From a virus (Duplodnaviria; Caudoviricetes): DNA of 49,030 nucleotides. Below are positions 8,063 through 17,539 of this stretch, in pieces; positions within the stretch are counted from its first letter, which is position 1; each line of letters opens with the position of its first letter. The stretch covers positions 1-49,030 of IMG/VR virus record IMGVR_UViG_3300005077_001133; one strand, 5' to 3'. Both the position numbers and the translations under genes were made by a program. Under the pieces are notes generated by a model, which was not told the DNA's origin, ran no database searches, and saw nothing but the letters and a program-made list of their open reading frames with translations.

Positions 8063-8767
8063 CTAATTTAAAATCGAATAAGTTTTTCTGGCTATAATCC
8101 AATCTTCTTCAGTATCAATATCTAAATTTTCTGGCCAATTCACACGATAGAAAAAAGGATCTTGTCCAACTCGATTTTTTTTATTTTTAAAAGAGTTGAA
8201 CGTAAATATATAAAAACATGAATTTTCTACAATAATTGGTACTAATTTTTGTGTTTGTATTAGTTCAGCTGGTATGTGATTGATTGCACAATAACATTTT
8301 TCTTGATTTGTTTGAATCCATGCACGAGCTTGAATATAATCACAAGAAACAACACTATCTGAACTGTCTGATTCAAATAATTTATTACTTGCTTGTAATA
8401 CTGTTTCTGCTTGCAAAAATGGATTTGTAACATGTATTTGAGCAATTGTTTTGTTTTTGCCATGTCCACGAACAAAAAAATCTTCAATAAGTTGATTAAC
8501 TGAAATATTGTGACCTAAAAGATGTTTTTTACGAAGGTATGCACAAACTTTATCACAACCATATAACATTTTAACAGCAGCTATAATTTCAGGACTGTCT
8601 GTATCAATAAATACAGGAATCTGTAAAGACACATATTTATTTACAGTATATTGCCACAAAGGATAACCACCAAAAGCACGAAAATTCTTATATGGAACAC
8701 GTTGACTTTCAGTTTTGATAGGAATAAACACGTTTATTTTGTTCATTACATCCTTGGTTGTTGCCAT
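8063..8767 (-). CDS. Acylneuraminate cytidylyltransferase-like (CMP-ulosonate synthetase family); alternative start 8746
   Basis: IPIKTESQRVPYKN, DTDS, HVTNPF, TQ.L, ENSCFYIF, DIDTEEDW. Confidence 0.9.
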   Translation of the reverse strand: MATTKDVMNKINVFIPIKTESQRVPYKNFRAFGGYPLWQYTVNKYVSLQIPVFIDTDSPEIIAAVKMLYGCDKVCAYLRKKHLLGHNISVNQLIEDFFVRGHGKNKTIAQIHVTNPFLQAETVLQASNKLFESDSSDSVVSCDYIQARAWIQTNQEKCYCAINHIPAELIQTQKLVPIIVENSCFYIFTFNSFKNKKNRVGQDPFFYRVNWPENLDIDTEEDWIIARKTYSILN

Positions 8768-9651
8768 TTTGTACCTTCTATACCTGCAGCTCGTCCAGGT
8801 CGTTTAGAACGAAGATTATTAAAATGTTCATGTTTAACATCAATATATTCTAACCAGTTAAATCGACCACACCACGCTGGTTGTAAAAAATCTAAACGAT
8901 ACTGTACACTTCGTGGAATAACCATATCAATCTTTTTACATTGCATGGTTTGTTTCAACTCATCTATCGTCTCAGGTAAATCATTTTTAAAAGCTGGTCG
9001 AATCCACTCATATGCTTTTTGCATAGTTGAATTGCCCCATTCAGGATTTTCATTATGTGCATACTTAGCTGAAACAAGACTGCTTGCTATGATATTTGGT
9101 GTACGAATAACATATGGTGCAAAAACAGTTTCTAAAATATTCCAAAAAGCACAACAATCCCAAAAACCACCAAACTGTTCTGGTAATGGAAAAAAATAAT
9201 GTAATAATGATCGATGTACTATTTTAAGTTGATTGTTTGAAAATAAATGTACACCTGCTTCTTGTGGAAGTATATTACGTTCTCGTTCGTGTGTTGGTAC
9301 AAGAACTGCTGGTCTGTATTTTTCTAAATCAACAAGTATTTGTTCAATAATTGGTAAATTAGTCAATGAAACTAATTTTACATCATAATCAATAAACATA
9401 AAATAATCATATATATAACTAATTTGATTATTATATCTGCGTGCACTTGTACGTCCTTTTGGAACCATCTCATAAAGAACATTTCGATTGTGTGCCCATG
9501 TACAATGATATTCAAATGATAAACATTTTTCTGATAATACTTTTTCATCATGTGTAACAAAGAAAAAGTCTGCAAGTGAAGAATTAACCAATTCACGGTG
9601 AGCAAATATTGGACCTTTTGGAGATGTTTCTAATATACAAAGATTAAACAT
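8746..9651 (-). CDS. Hypothetical protein, possible GT-A fold glycosyltransferase
   Basis: TWAHNRN..YDYFMFIDYDV (DxD) pattern; cluster context. Confidence 0.55.
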   Translation of the reverse strand: MFNLCILETSPKGPIFAHRELVNSSLADFFFVTHDEKVLSEKCLSFEYHCTWAHNRNVLYEMVPKGRTSARRYNNQISYIYDYFMFIDYDVKLVSLTNLPIIEQILVDLEKYRPAVLVPTHERERNILPQEAGVHLFSNNQLKIVHRSLLHYFFPLPEQFGGFWDCCAFWNILETVFAPYVIRTPNIIASSLVSAKYAHNENPEWGNSTMQKAYEWIRPAFKNDLPETIDELKQTMQCKKIDMVIPRSVQYRLDFLQPAWCGRFNWLEYIDVKHEHFNNLRSKRPGRAAGIEGTKWQQPRM

Positions 9652-9670
9652 AAATAATCACTCCTTTAAA

Positions 9671-10669
9671 TTAAACAATTGCATCAAGTACACCACGAAC
9701 GACTTGGTCCATATTTACATACTGAAACCAAGCTAAACGTCCAAGACAAGTTAGCTTAGGCATATTTTGTTTTACGTATGTTGTATACTGTTTATGTTTT
9801 TTTAGGTTCTCATCATCTGGAAATGGATACATACGAATATTTTTACCATCATAAGAAGCTGGATATTCTCTTGTAACAACTGTACGTCCTTGAGAGCACC
9901 TTTTAATTTCATCTAAATGCCACTGATTTTGATCATACATTCTTGTCCATGGCACTCGATTATTACACTCGTTTATCAATCTGTATTTTGGTGGTGGACA
10001 CGTTGTGTGAGTAAATTCAAGCGATCTATACTCTAATGATCCAAAACGATACTGACACAATTCATCTAACGAACCTGTAAATATATATCTATCTGCTTGT
10101 TGTGTTAAAAACGCAAAAAATGATTGATTTAAATAAACATGACAACCTTCTAACATTTTTTCAAACATGTTTGTATAACCATCAGTAGGAATACCTTGAA
10201 AAGCATCGTAAAAATATTGAGCATCATGTGTTTGTCTCATCGTTATAACACGATCTGTAATACTTTTTGGAATATCTTTAAATTTTCGCCCCCATTGTTT
10301 TTCTGAGTAATGTTGAAAAATATTTTTACGTATCCATTCGTAAGATTTTTTACCTGTGATTTTTTTTGAATCTAAATTAAAAGGTATTGGTATAATTTTT
10401 CCATTTTGTAAACGACCTTTAACTATTAAATGATAATTATTAAAGGAAGTAAATTGTTTCATAAATTTCCACACATTACAATCATTTGTGTGAAAAATAT
10501 GTGGTCCATAATTATGAATTCGTACACCATTGATAATTGAATCATAGCAGTTGCCACCAATGTGATTGCGTGTTTCATAAACATGTACTTCATAACCAAG
10601 ATTTTTAAAGATCGCAGCTGTGGTGCACCCTGCTAAACCTGCTCCACCCACAGACACTATTTTTTTCAT
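9671..10669 (-). CDS. glf: UDP-galactopyranose mutase
   Basis: GAGLAG FAD motif, HIGGNCYD, HNYGPHIFHT, YSEKQWG, FQGIP..GYT, LEYRSL, LGRL..Y.NMDQ. Confidence 0.95.
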   Translation of the reverse strand: MKKIVSVGGAGLAGCTTAAIFKNLGYEVHVYETRNHIGGNCYDSIINGVRIHNYGPHIFHTNDCNVWKFMKQFTSFNNYHLIVKGRLQNGKIIPIPFNLDSKKITGKKSYEWIRKNIFQHYSEKQWGRKFKDIPKSITDRVITMRQTHDAQYFYDAFQGIPTDGYTNMFEKMLEGCHVYLNQSFFAFLTQQADRYIFTGSLDELCQYRFGSLEYRSLEFTHTTCPPPKYRLINECNNRVPWTRMYDQNQWHLDEIKRCSQGRTVVTREYPASYDGKNIRMYPFPDDENLKKHKQYTTYVKQNMPKLTCLGRLAWFQYVNMDQVVRGVLDAIV

Positions 10670-10681
10670 TTGTATACTCCT

Positions 10682-11581
10682 TCACTTCTTCAATTCTTTT
10701 AACTTTAAATACCACTCAATGGTTTTCTTAATTCCTCGTTCTAAATTCCATTTGGGTGTCCATTTTAAAATTTCTTTAGCTTTCGTACAACACAATGGTG
10801 TGCTATTTAATTCACCAACAACCGTTTGATTATATTTAACTTTGAGCGTAAACACATCTGAAAGTAATGTAATTATATTGTTGATGCTTGTTTGTGTTTC
10901 TGTTCCAATATTAAAAATTTCATGTTCTGCAATTTTTCGTCTACGAATAGGATTGAGTTTAAGTGTTGTTTGAATTGCACGTATTACATCATCTATATAA
11001 ATAAAATCTCGAGTCTGATTTCCGTCACCAAAAATAGTAATACGTTTATTAGCAATTGCTTTGGTAATTAAAGATGTAATTATCCGTTCACTTGACGGAT
11101 CATCACCTGGTCCATACACATTGCCAAAACATAAAGTAGTTGGCCAAATCTTATACATGTGTTGATATGTTTCTAAATAATGTTCTACTGTATGTTTAGA
11201 CACTCCATAGGGAGAAACTGGATGTAATTTTTCATATTCATGACAAAAATTAGAATTTCCATATCGAGCTCCTCCAGTTGATGCATAAATTATTCTTTCA
11301 ACACCACATTTTCTACATGCTTCTAAAATATTTAATGAACCAATAATATTTGTTTCAGCATCAAAAATTGGTTGTTTAATTGAATATCGCAACTTAGTTT
11401 GAGCTGCAAGATGTATCACAACATCTGGTTTGAAATCTTTCATAACTGTATAAATACTTTTAGTATTTCTAATATCAACGTTGGTTTTTATATCTATACC
11501 AAACACATCGTGTTTTCGTTTAAAAATTTGACACAGTCTTTTTCCAATAAATCCAGCAGAACCCGTAACTATTATTTTCAC
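10682..11581 (-). CDS. NAD-dependent NDP-sugar epimerase/dehydratase (GalE-like extended SDR)
   Basis: TGSAGFIG, HLAA, YGVSK (YxxxK), NVYGP, GDGNQTRDFIYIDD. Confidence 0.92.
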   Translation of the reverse strand: MKIIVTGSAGFIGKRLCQIFKRKHDVFGIDIKTNVDIRNTKSIYTVMKDFKPDVVIHLAAQTKLRYSIKQPIFDAETNIIGSLNILEACRKCGVERIIYASTGGARYGNSNFCHEYEKLHPVSPYGVSKHTVEHYLETYQHMYKIWPTTLCFGNVYGPGDDPSSERIITSLITKAIANKRITIFGDGNQTRDFIYIDDVIRAIQTTLKLNPIRRRKIAEHEIFNIGTETQTSINNIITLLSDVFTLKVKYNQTVVGELNSTPLCCTKAKEILKWTPKWNLERGIKKTIEWYLKLKELKK

Positions 11582-11610
11582 ATCATCCCCTATATGTTTT
11601 TGAAATTATT

Positions 11611-13272
11611 TTACAGTTTAATTTCCTTTTCAACTGGTGACTTTCTAAAACAATCTATTTCTGATATAGGGCTGCAGTTAACAACATCAATTTTCCTTGC
11701 TTTTGCAAACCGTGCAAGAGCTCTCCACGCTGGTATGTGAAAAATGTGAGCATTAGGTACATTATAACGATCACCAGTTTGTTGATATTCATCAAAAAAA
11801 TAATTTGGATTCTTAGCTGGTGTTGATTCAATTACTAAACGACCTTCTGCATCTTTAGAAGCTCCATCAATGACTTGTGTGTAGTTAGAATCTATACCTA
11901 AAAGCACTAATTTTTTATAACCTAAACAAATGCCCGTTTGACATGCATTTGCACCAGTACAACCACCATAACCAAAAGTTTCAAAATTATCGGAAAATGT
12001 TCCAGTACGTCCGTGTAATTTCAATACTGTTAATTTTGGATGATCAGTAATTTTTTTCAATAAAAAATGACGTTTAATAGGTGACTTTTCATTTTCAATT
12101 AAACGACGAAAATTGTCTTCATGTGAATTTGTAACAATGTAGTCAAAACAACAATGAAAAGTCGGAAACCAATTAACTCTATACCAAAATCTATAAGCTG
12201 CATTCATACCAATTGAATTGTAATTATATTTATCAAGAGATTTAAAATCAAAATCTCGAAGAGAGGGGCCATTACCAAGAATAACTAATGTATCATCAAC
12301 TGATGTATAACGAATACGAATTAAATCACATTCCCCCCACTTTTGATCAAGTATAGTCACATCATATTTATCATGTGCTTGCATGATGTGAAAATTTTCT
12401 TTAGTCTCTTCAAGATAACCTCTGTATTCATCATCATGAGATTTGTGATACACTATATGCTTTAATTCACGACGAAAGGGTTGTGAGTTGAAATAACGAG
12501 TAAGTCGCTTATTAAAATCTCGTTCTTCATGACCGTAATTAATAAATGTTTCATCATAACCATTAAGAGTATCTACATGTGCTTTTGCATATGTATAAAA
12601 TCCACCATACAAATCATACTGTTCAAATTTATTACCACGACGTGTTCCTGAGTCTGTTTCAGTTGTTGAAATCCATAAATATTGATTATTAAAATTCGTC
12701 TCTTGAATCATTTTAATGTAAATACGCAAAAAATCCTTTGGGAAACGAAAGTCAGCATCCCACGCAGCAACAAGAGGAGTACGAGCTCTCTTGAAACCAT
12801 AATTAAGTGTTTTACTACGATTCCAAAGGTCATTTGTATCAACTTGATACATTGTAATGAGATAACGGTATCTAAAAAAACCAATAGATAAAGAATCGTC
12901 ACTATTATCTTCAACAATAATAAAATTAATATACTTTTTTGATTCATTATTCACTATTGTTTCAATTGATTCTAATGCTTTTTGTGACCTATTTTTCAAA
13001 CACATAACAAACGTAACAATTGGTTCTCCTTTTGCTAATCTTTCACTAATTTCTTCATTGATAGTTGTAAAAGTCTTCTTATCAGCTTGTGGTACAGCTT
13101 TATATACTGCTTCATCGTTTTGTGTAATTTGTAATCGACCACTATATTTCAAAGCAATGTCTTCTGGCAAAAGATATTCACAACCATCAGATGGCACCTG
13201 ACGGCGGAGTTCTGGGATTGATAACGGCAATCCACTAATATTTTTTACTATCACGGTTTGAATTTGATTCAT
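11611..13272 (-). CDS. Two-domain glycosyltransferase: GT2/GT7-like domain plus Maf/sialyltransferase-like C-terminal domain
   Basis: WNRSKTLN.G, DAD, GYDE.F..YGHEERDF; then ILGNGPSL, GMN, LGYKKLVLLGID. Confidence 0.8.
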   Translation of the reverse strand: MNQIQTVIVKNISGLPLSIPELRRQVPSDGCEYLLPEDIALKYSGRLQITQNDEAVYKAVPQADKKTFTTINEEISERLAKGEPIVTFVMCLKNRSQKALESIETIVNNESKKYINFIIVEDNSDDSLSIGFFRYRYLITMYQVDTNDLWNRSKTLNYGFKRARTPLVAAWDADFRFPKDFLRIYIKMIQETNFNNQYLWISTTETDSGTRRGNKFEQYDLYGGFYTYAKAHVDTLNGYDETFINYGHEERDFNKRLTRYFNSQPFRRELKHIVYHKSHDDEYRGYLEETKENFHIMQAHDKYDVTILDQKWGECDLIRIRYTSVDDTLVILGNGPSLRDFDFKSLDKYNYNSIGMNAAYRFWYRVNWFPTFHCCFDYIVTNSHEDNFRRLIENEKSPIKRHFLLKKITDHPKLTVLKLHGRTGTFSDNFETFGYGGCTGANACQTGICLGYKKLVLLGIDSNYTQVIDGASKDAEGRLVIESTPAKNPNYFFDEYQQTGDRYNVPNAHIFHIPAWRALARFAKARKIDVVNCSPISEIDCFRKSPVEKEIKL

Positions 13273-13279
13273 TTAAACC

Positions 13280-13978
13280 TCAAAATGTAAAATAACTAAA
13301 ATGTTTATGTCTTAAATAATTTTTTGTATTTTGAAATTGTTTTGGAGTTATTCGTGCTGTAATTGAATTTTCATGTTGTCTATAAAATAAGCATGTGTTT
13401 GTACATTTTTTAATTTTATATCCAGCTCGATCAACTCGAACATAAAACTCATAATCTTCCCAACAAATTAATTTTTTTGACATATCATAACCTTGAAGAT
13501 CATTCCATAAAGATCGTCTATACATTGCTGAACCGTTGATGAAAGGTTTATTTTGGTGTGTTGTTCTATCAAACTCTGGAGCACGAAGTCTTTTTTCTAT
13601 TGCACCAAATAAATATAAATCAGTATAGGTTAAATCAACGTGATTCATGTCCAAAGTTAAATAACACTGTTCAATGTAATTATTCATAATCATGTCATCA
13701 GAATCTAAACACATTATGAAATCTGTATCTTGTGAAGTTTCAGCAATACCAGCATTTCGTGCACCAGCAAGTCCAACGTTTTGTACAGTTGAAATTACTT
13801 TAATTTTGTTGTTTAGTTTTGCTAACTTTTCAGCAATTTCAAGTGAATCATCCGTACTACAGTCATTCACAATGATGACTTCGAAATCGAGATTTGTTTG
13901 ATTAGTGAAGATAGAACGGATACAATCTGCAAGAAAGCGGCCATGATTATATAGTGGTATTATTATACTTAATTTCAC
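13280..13978 (-). CDS. Glycosyltransferase family 2
   Basis: SIIIPLYN, VNDCSTD, GLAGARNAG, LDSDD, EDYE. Confidence 0.93.
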   Translation of the reverse strand: MKLSIIIPLYNHGRFLADCIRSIFTNQTNLDFEVIIVNDCSTDDSLEIAEKLAKLNNKIKVISTVQNVGLAGARNAGIAETSQDTDFIMCLDSDDMIMNNYIEQCYLTLDMNHVDLTYTDLYLFGAIEKRLRAPEFDRTTHQNKPFINGSAMYRRSLWNDLQGYDMSKKLICWEDYEFYVRVDRAGYKIKKCTNTCLFYRQHENSITARITPKQFQNTKNYLRHKHFSYFTF

Positions 13979-14835
13979 TCAACTGTCTCCTTTATCATTT
14001 CAATATCCACACTACAACTGCCCATTTGAAGAAATCTATTTGTTTTAAGTTTAATATCACAAGGATTACAAAAACCAAACTGATCACAATGACGAAACTT
14101 ATACTCTATTTTTAAATCTTCATCTGTTATATTAGCAATTGGAAATTCATTATGATAAAGGTCACGATGACACTTATAAAGTTGTCCATCTGGAGCAATC
14201 AACAATTCTCGTGTTCTACAATAACATTTTTTTTGTTGTTTAGCAATTGCATCCGGATATTTAAAATAACCAAACAAATTTCCTTGATAATCGCCAAGAA
14301 AATCTTTTACAAAAAAATAAACACTGTGTTTACGAGCTAATTCAGCCATATGCATGTTTGCTGATACATTGAGCGGATGATTGATACCAAAAATACCAAT
14401 TTTATAATTCAAATCTTGTAATATTTGAATCTTATGAACAAGTTGTTCAGCATCCATATAATCTGGATGATAACTAACACGTATTGAACGATATGCTTCC
14501 ATTTCATTGTTGCCAAATCGTTCTGGTGTTGTATTTATTGCAAAATTTAATACATCAAACGTAAGATTAGTAAGAAGGTCTACTTTAATATCACTACGTA
14601 AACCACGTAAAATATCAAAGAATTCTTTATGTAATGTTGGTTCTCCCCCACCAAAGGTAAGGTGAAGATGTCCAAAATCAAGTCGATTAAGTACATCTAT
14701 CCATTCTTTTGCAGAAAGTTCTTTTCGTGTACGAGCGACACCAGAATGAGCATTGATGCAATATGAGCAACCAAGATTACAACGCATAGTAAGATATGCT
14801 TCAACATAAGTAATTTGTTCAGGAATTTTTACCAC
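13975..14835 (-). CDS. Radical SAM protein with C-terminal Cys-rich (twitch/SPASM-like) domain
   Basis: CNLGCSYC, GGGEP, LLTN, DGQLYKC, C..C..C tail. Confidence 0.9.
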   Translation of the reverse strand: MVKIPEQITYVEAYLTMRCNLGCSYCINAHSGVARTRKELSAKEWIDVLNRLDFGHLHLTFGGGEPTLHKEFFDILRGLRSDIKVDLLTNLTFDVLNFAINTTPERFGNNEMEAYRSIRVSYHPDYMDAEQLVHKIQILQDLNYKIGIFGINHPLNVSANMHMAELARKHSVYFFVKDFLGDYQGNLFGYFKYPDAIAKQQKKCYCRTRELLIAPDGQLYKCHRDLYHNEFPIANITDEDLKIEYKFRHCDQFGFCNPCDIKLKTNRFLQMGSCSVDIEMIKETVE

Positions 14836-14849
14836 ATGACCTCCTCAAA

Positions 14850-15365
14850 TCAATATAACGATCTATAATCCACTAACATGGTAGATTCATTATGATTAAT
14901 GGCTTTTGTATACTCATCAATAATTTGTTCAGCATTTAATAGTCGAATAACTGGAAATGTAAATAGCTTTTCATATACTTCCGTAAAATCTTGTACATGT
15001 TGTGGACCAGGATAGAAAGGTTTAATGCCACCAACAGTTGCACGTATGATTACTTTTGGTTTAAATTCACCTTTACTCATAATATCTATTTTATCAAGAT
15101 GATTTACAATTTGGTCAAGAGCTAATAATGTAAAATCATGTCTTTCAAATATAAGCACTGGTTGATATCCACCAAGTGATAAACCAGTACTCATACCAGC
15201 CATCAATGCTTCTGCAACAGGCATTTCAATAATAGATTCTTTTGGTACACATTGCATTGTTCCATATGAACATGATCCGTATTGTAAATTATAACCTATA
15301 AAAAGACTTTTAGGTCTTTGAGCGAGCAAATTCATTGAATGAGTTAAAGCTTCTTTATATGTCAT
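14850..15365 (-). CDS. TPP-dependent enzyme beta subunit (transketolase/E1-beta pyrimidine-binding domain only)
   Basis: EMPVAE..MAG..GL, F..LALDQIVN, GPQH.Q; 171 aa, so no C-terminal domain. Confidence 0.88.
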   Translation of the reverse strand: MTYKEALTHSMNLLAQRPKSLFIGYNLQYGSCSYGTMQCVPKESIIEMPVAEALMAGMSTGLSLGGYQPVLIFERHDFTLLALDQIVNHLDKIDIMSKGEFKPKVIIRATVGGIKPFYPGPQHVQDFTEVYEKLFTFPVIRLLNAEQIIDEYTKAINHNESTMLVDYRSLY

Positions 15366-15374
15366 AAATGCTCC

Positions 15375-15977
15375 TTACATATAATGGGAAATCATTTTGC
15401 CTGTTTGAACGTGTGGATATTTACGTACATATTCATACCGTATCACATTTGATGGCCAAGGGAATTTTTTTGCACTACTTCGTATATTTTTAGGCGTATC
15501 AACAGAAAGATTATTATCTTCAATTACAAATATGCAGGGAAGTGATTTTGAATCTGCATATCGTACCGCTTCATAAAATGCTCCTTGTTCCTCTGCACCA
15601 TCACCAATAAAACACCAAACAAATGCATCACTTTTTTCAAGCTGCAGCGATTTAGCAACCCCAACAGCCATTGATGGTGTGCCACACACAATAGCAGAAG
15701 AAACAAAATTAATACTTTTGTCAAACACATGAAGACTATCACCACGCATAATCATCTCCATTAATTTATCAGGTGAACCACCTTTTAAAAGATAATGATA
15801 GTGAGAACGATGTGTAGAAAAAACCCAGTCATTTTGCTGTACTTCATTAAAAATGCTAATGAGTTGTTCTTCATTACCACCTGAGAAGTGAATAGGATAA
15901 GGTATTTCACCATTTTCAAAACGGCGTTTAACTTCATCTTCAAAAGCAATTAAATCTTTTTTACGTATTTTATACAT
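15375..15977 (-). CDS. TPP-dependent enzyme alpha subunit (E1-alpha-like, short)
   Basis: HFSGGNE, STHRSH, GDG...EDNN TPP motif; GAGG RBS before ATG 15977. Confidence 0.9.
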   Translation of the reverse strand: MYKIRKKDLIAFEDEVKRRFENGEIPYPIHFSGGNEEQLISIFNEVQQNDWVFSTHRSHYHYLLKGGSPDKLMEMIMRGDSLHVFDKSINFVSSAIVCGTPSMAVGVAKSLQLEKSDAFVWCFIGDGAEEQGAFYEAVRYADSKSLPCIFVIEDNNLSVDTPKNIRSSAKKFPWPSNVIRYEYVRKYPHVQTGKMISHYM

Positions 15978-15985
15978 ATGACCTC

Positions 15986-16816
15986 TCAAATTTTCATCGT
16001 AAAAATAAATTTATTAAAACCATTGTTGTGAATATCATTTGAAAAATATTTATCATTATATTGCAAACCATTACGACTTGACGGAATATTAACTGTTGAT
16101 TCTGTTAACTCAGCAGCAAAACCTAAATCACTACTTCCAACGACCTTTATTCGATCAAAAACAAAAACTTCCTTTAACCATCCACGATCCCAGTGAGGCC
16201 ACTCATCGCAATTATTCCAAAATTGTAAGTCAGCTTGAGTAAAACGAGCAGCATAAATTGTTGGAAGATTGTGTATAATAGCATATAAATTATCATTAAG
16301 TTTACGAGTTGATATTCCAGCCCAAGTACAATTACAATCTGAAAAATCAAAACTATTAGCAAAAGTTGGATGTTTGTATTTTACTATTAAACTGGCTAAT
16401 TCTTGAGCCGTTATTGGCACTTTAATATCATTGTTTGGTATCATTCGAAGATGAGGTAATGCAATACAAATGCCTTTTTTACCCTCAGACATTTTTACCA
16501 TATTATACAAAGTATTTAAAGCAAAAATAGTATCTGGAGGAGCAAGAAAAAAAAGAGCATCTTCTTTTATGCATTTTTCTATGCACAAACGTAAACCTTT
16601 TAATATAAGTGCATCAAGAGGTGTTTGCGCTCCAATATTTTTCATTTCTTCATTAGAAGGTAAAACACCATCTTTACTAAATCCATTTTGTATAAATTCA
16701 ATTTCATGCTTCTCACTTTTTAATTTTTGAACATCATGATCAAGTGATAAAAGAGTATATTTTTCATACCAATCTAAGTATTTACCACCTGCCGTTGTAA
16801 ATATGTTAATTTTCAT
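15986..16816 (-). CDS. Hypothetical protein in the glycan cluster (possibly GT-A-like)
   Basis: Coupled ORF; FLAPPDTIF could be a degenerate DxD region. Confidence 0.65.
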   Translation of the reverse strand: MKINIFTTAGGKYLDWYEKYTLLSLDHDVQKLKSEKHEIEFIQNGFSKDGVLPSNEEMKNIGAQTPLDALILKGLRLCIEKCIKEDALFFLAPPDTIFALNTLYNMVKMSEGKKGICIALPHLRMIPNNDIKVPITAQELASLIVKYKHPTFANSFDFSDCNCTWAGISTRKLNDNLYAIIHNLPTIYAARFTQADLQFWNNCDEWPHWDRGWLKEVFVFDRIKVVGSSDLGFAAELTESTVNIPSSRNGLQYNDKYFSNDIHNNGFNKFIFTMKI

Positions 16817-16823
16817 TTTTACC

Positions 16824-17528
16824 TCATTTTATTAAACTATTAACAATATTAATATCTCGATTATAATTCCACGTTTCACTTATTTTACTACCATGTTCTT
16901 CTTCATTTGCAGAATATATAAAATCTGAATTATTATCTTTAGGTGCACCAACATCAAAACCTCGCTGTGAAGCAGACCATGTTTTGTGATGTATAATACA
17001 ATCAGGTACATACCAATATCGTCTCAACATTGTTCCAAATTTAAAAATAGCATTATCGATAGAATTTTGTCGTAAACCAGGTAATGTAAACCACCCCACT
17101 GCTCTAACAATGTTTCCGCTCATCATATAAGCAGAGGGACTAAAATCATTTGGAGCACCTTTTTTATTTGGATGTGATATACCCCAACCATTACCATTCT
17201 TTTCAATGGTTTCAACAAGCATTTTATCCCATCCATGTGTAATATAAATGTGGTCATCATTTACTTCTTGATAATATTCACAATCAGGAAATATTTCACA
17301 TGCAAAATAATTAAGTACTGCCCCAAGAAATTTATGTTGACCAATAAAATAAGTCCAATGACCATTTTTTAATGTATCAATATATAATTGAAGTTGTGGA
17401 TCATCTTCACTAATATACACAACAATTTCACTATCCAACTGTTTTGTTTCATCAAAACTTTTTAACATACGTAATAATTCTGTAGGTCTATTACGAGATG
17501 AGCACATGCTTAGAACTTTTGGTTTCAT
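16824..17528 (-). CDS. GT-A fold glycosyltransferase-like protein
   Basis: SRNRP, EDDP, NDD, GWD, D, IHH; paralogous to the C-terminal half of 18636-20132. Confidence 0.75.
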   Translation of the reverse strand: MKPKVLSMCSSRNRPTELLRMLKSFDETKQLDSEIVVYISEDDPQLQLYIDTLKNGHWTYFIGQHKFLGAVLNYFACEIFPDCEYYQEVNDDHIYITHGWDKMLVETIEKNGNGWGISHPNKKGAPNDFSPSAYMMSGNIVRAVGWFTLPGLRQNSIDNAIFKFGTMLRRYWYVPDCIIHHKTWSASQRGFDVGAPKDNNSDFIYSANEEEHGSKISETWNYNRDINIVNSLIK

Positions 17529-17539
17529 TATTATGTTCC

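Noticed and set aside
8651-9199. 182-aa plus-strand ORF and other short antisense or alternative-frame ORFs in the track
   Set aside because: They overlap better-supported genes in a uniformly oriented operon and have no recognisable features
14850-15989. Auxiliary pyruvate dehydrogenase for central metabolism
   Set aside because: Subunits too short, no E2 or E3 in the window, and embedded among sugar genes
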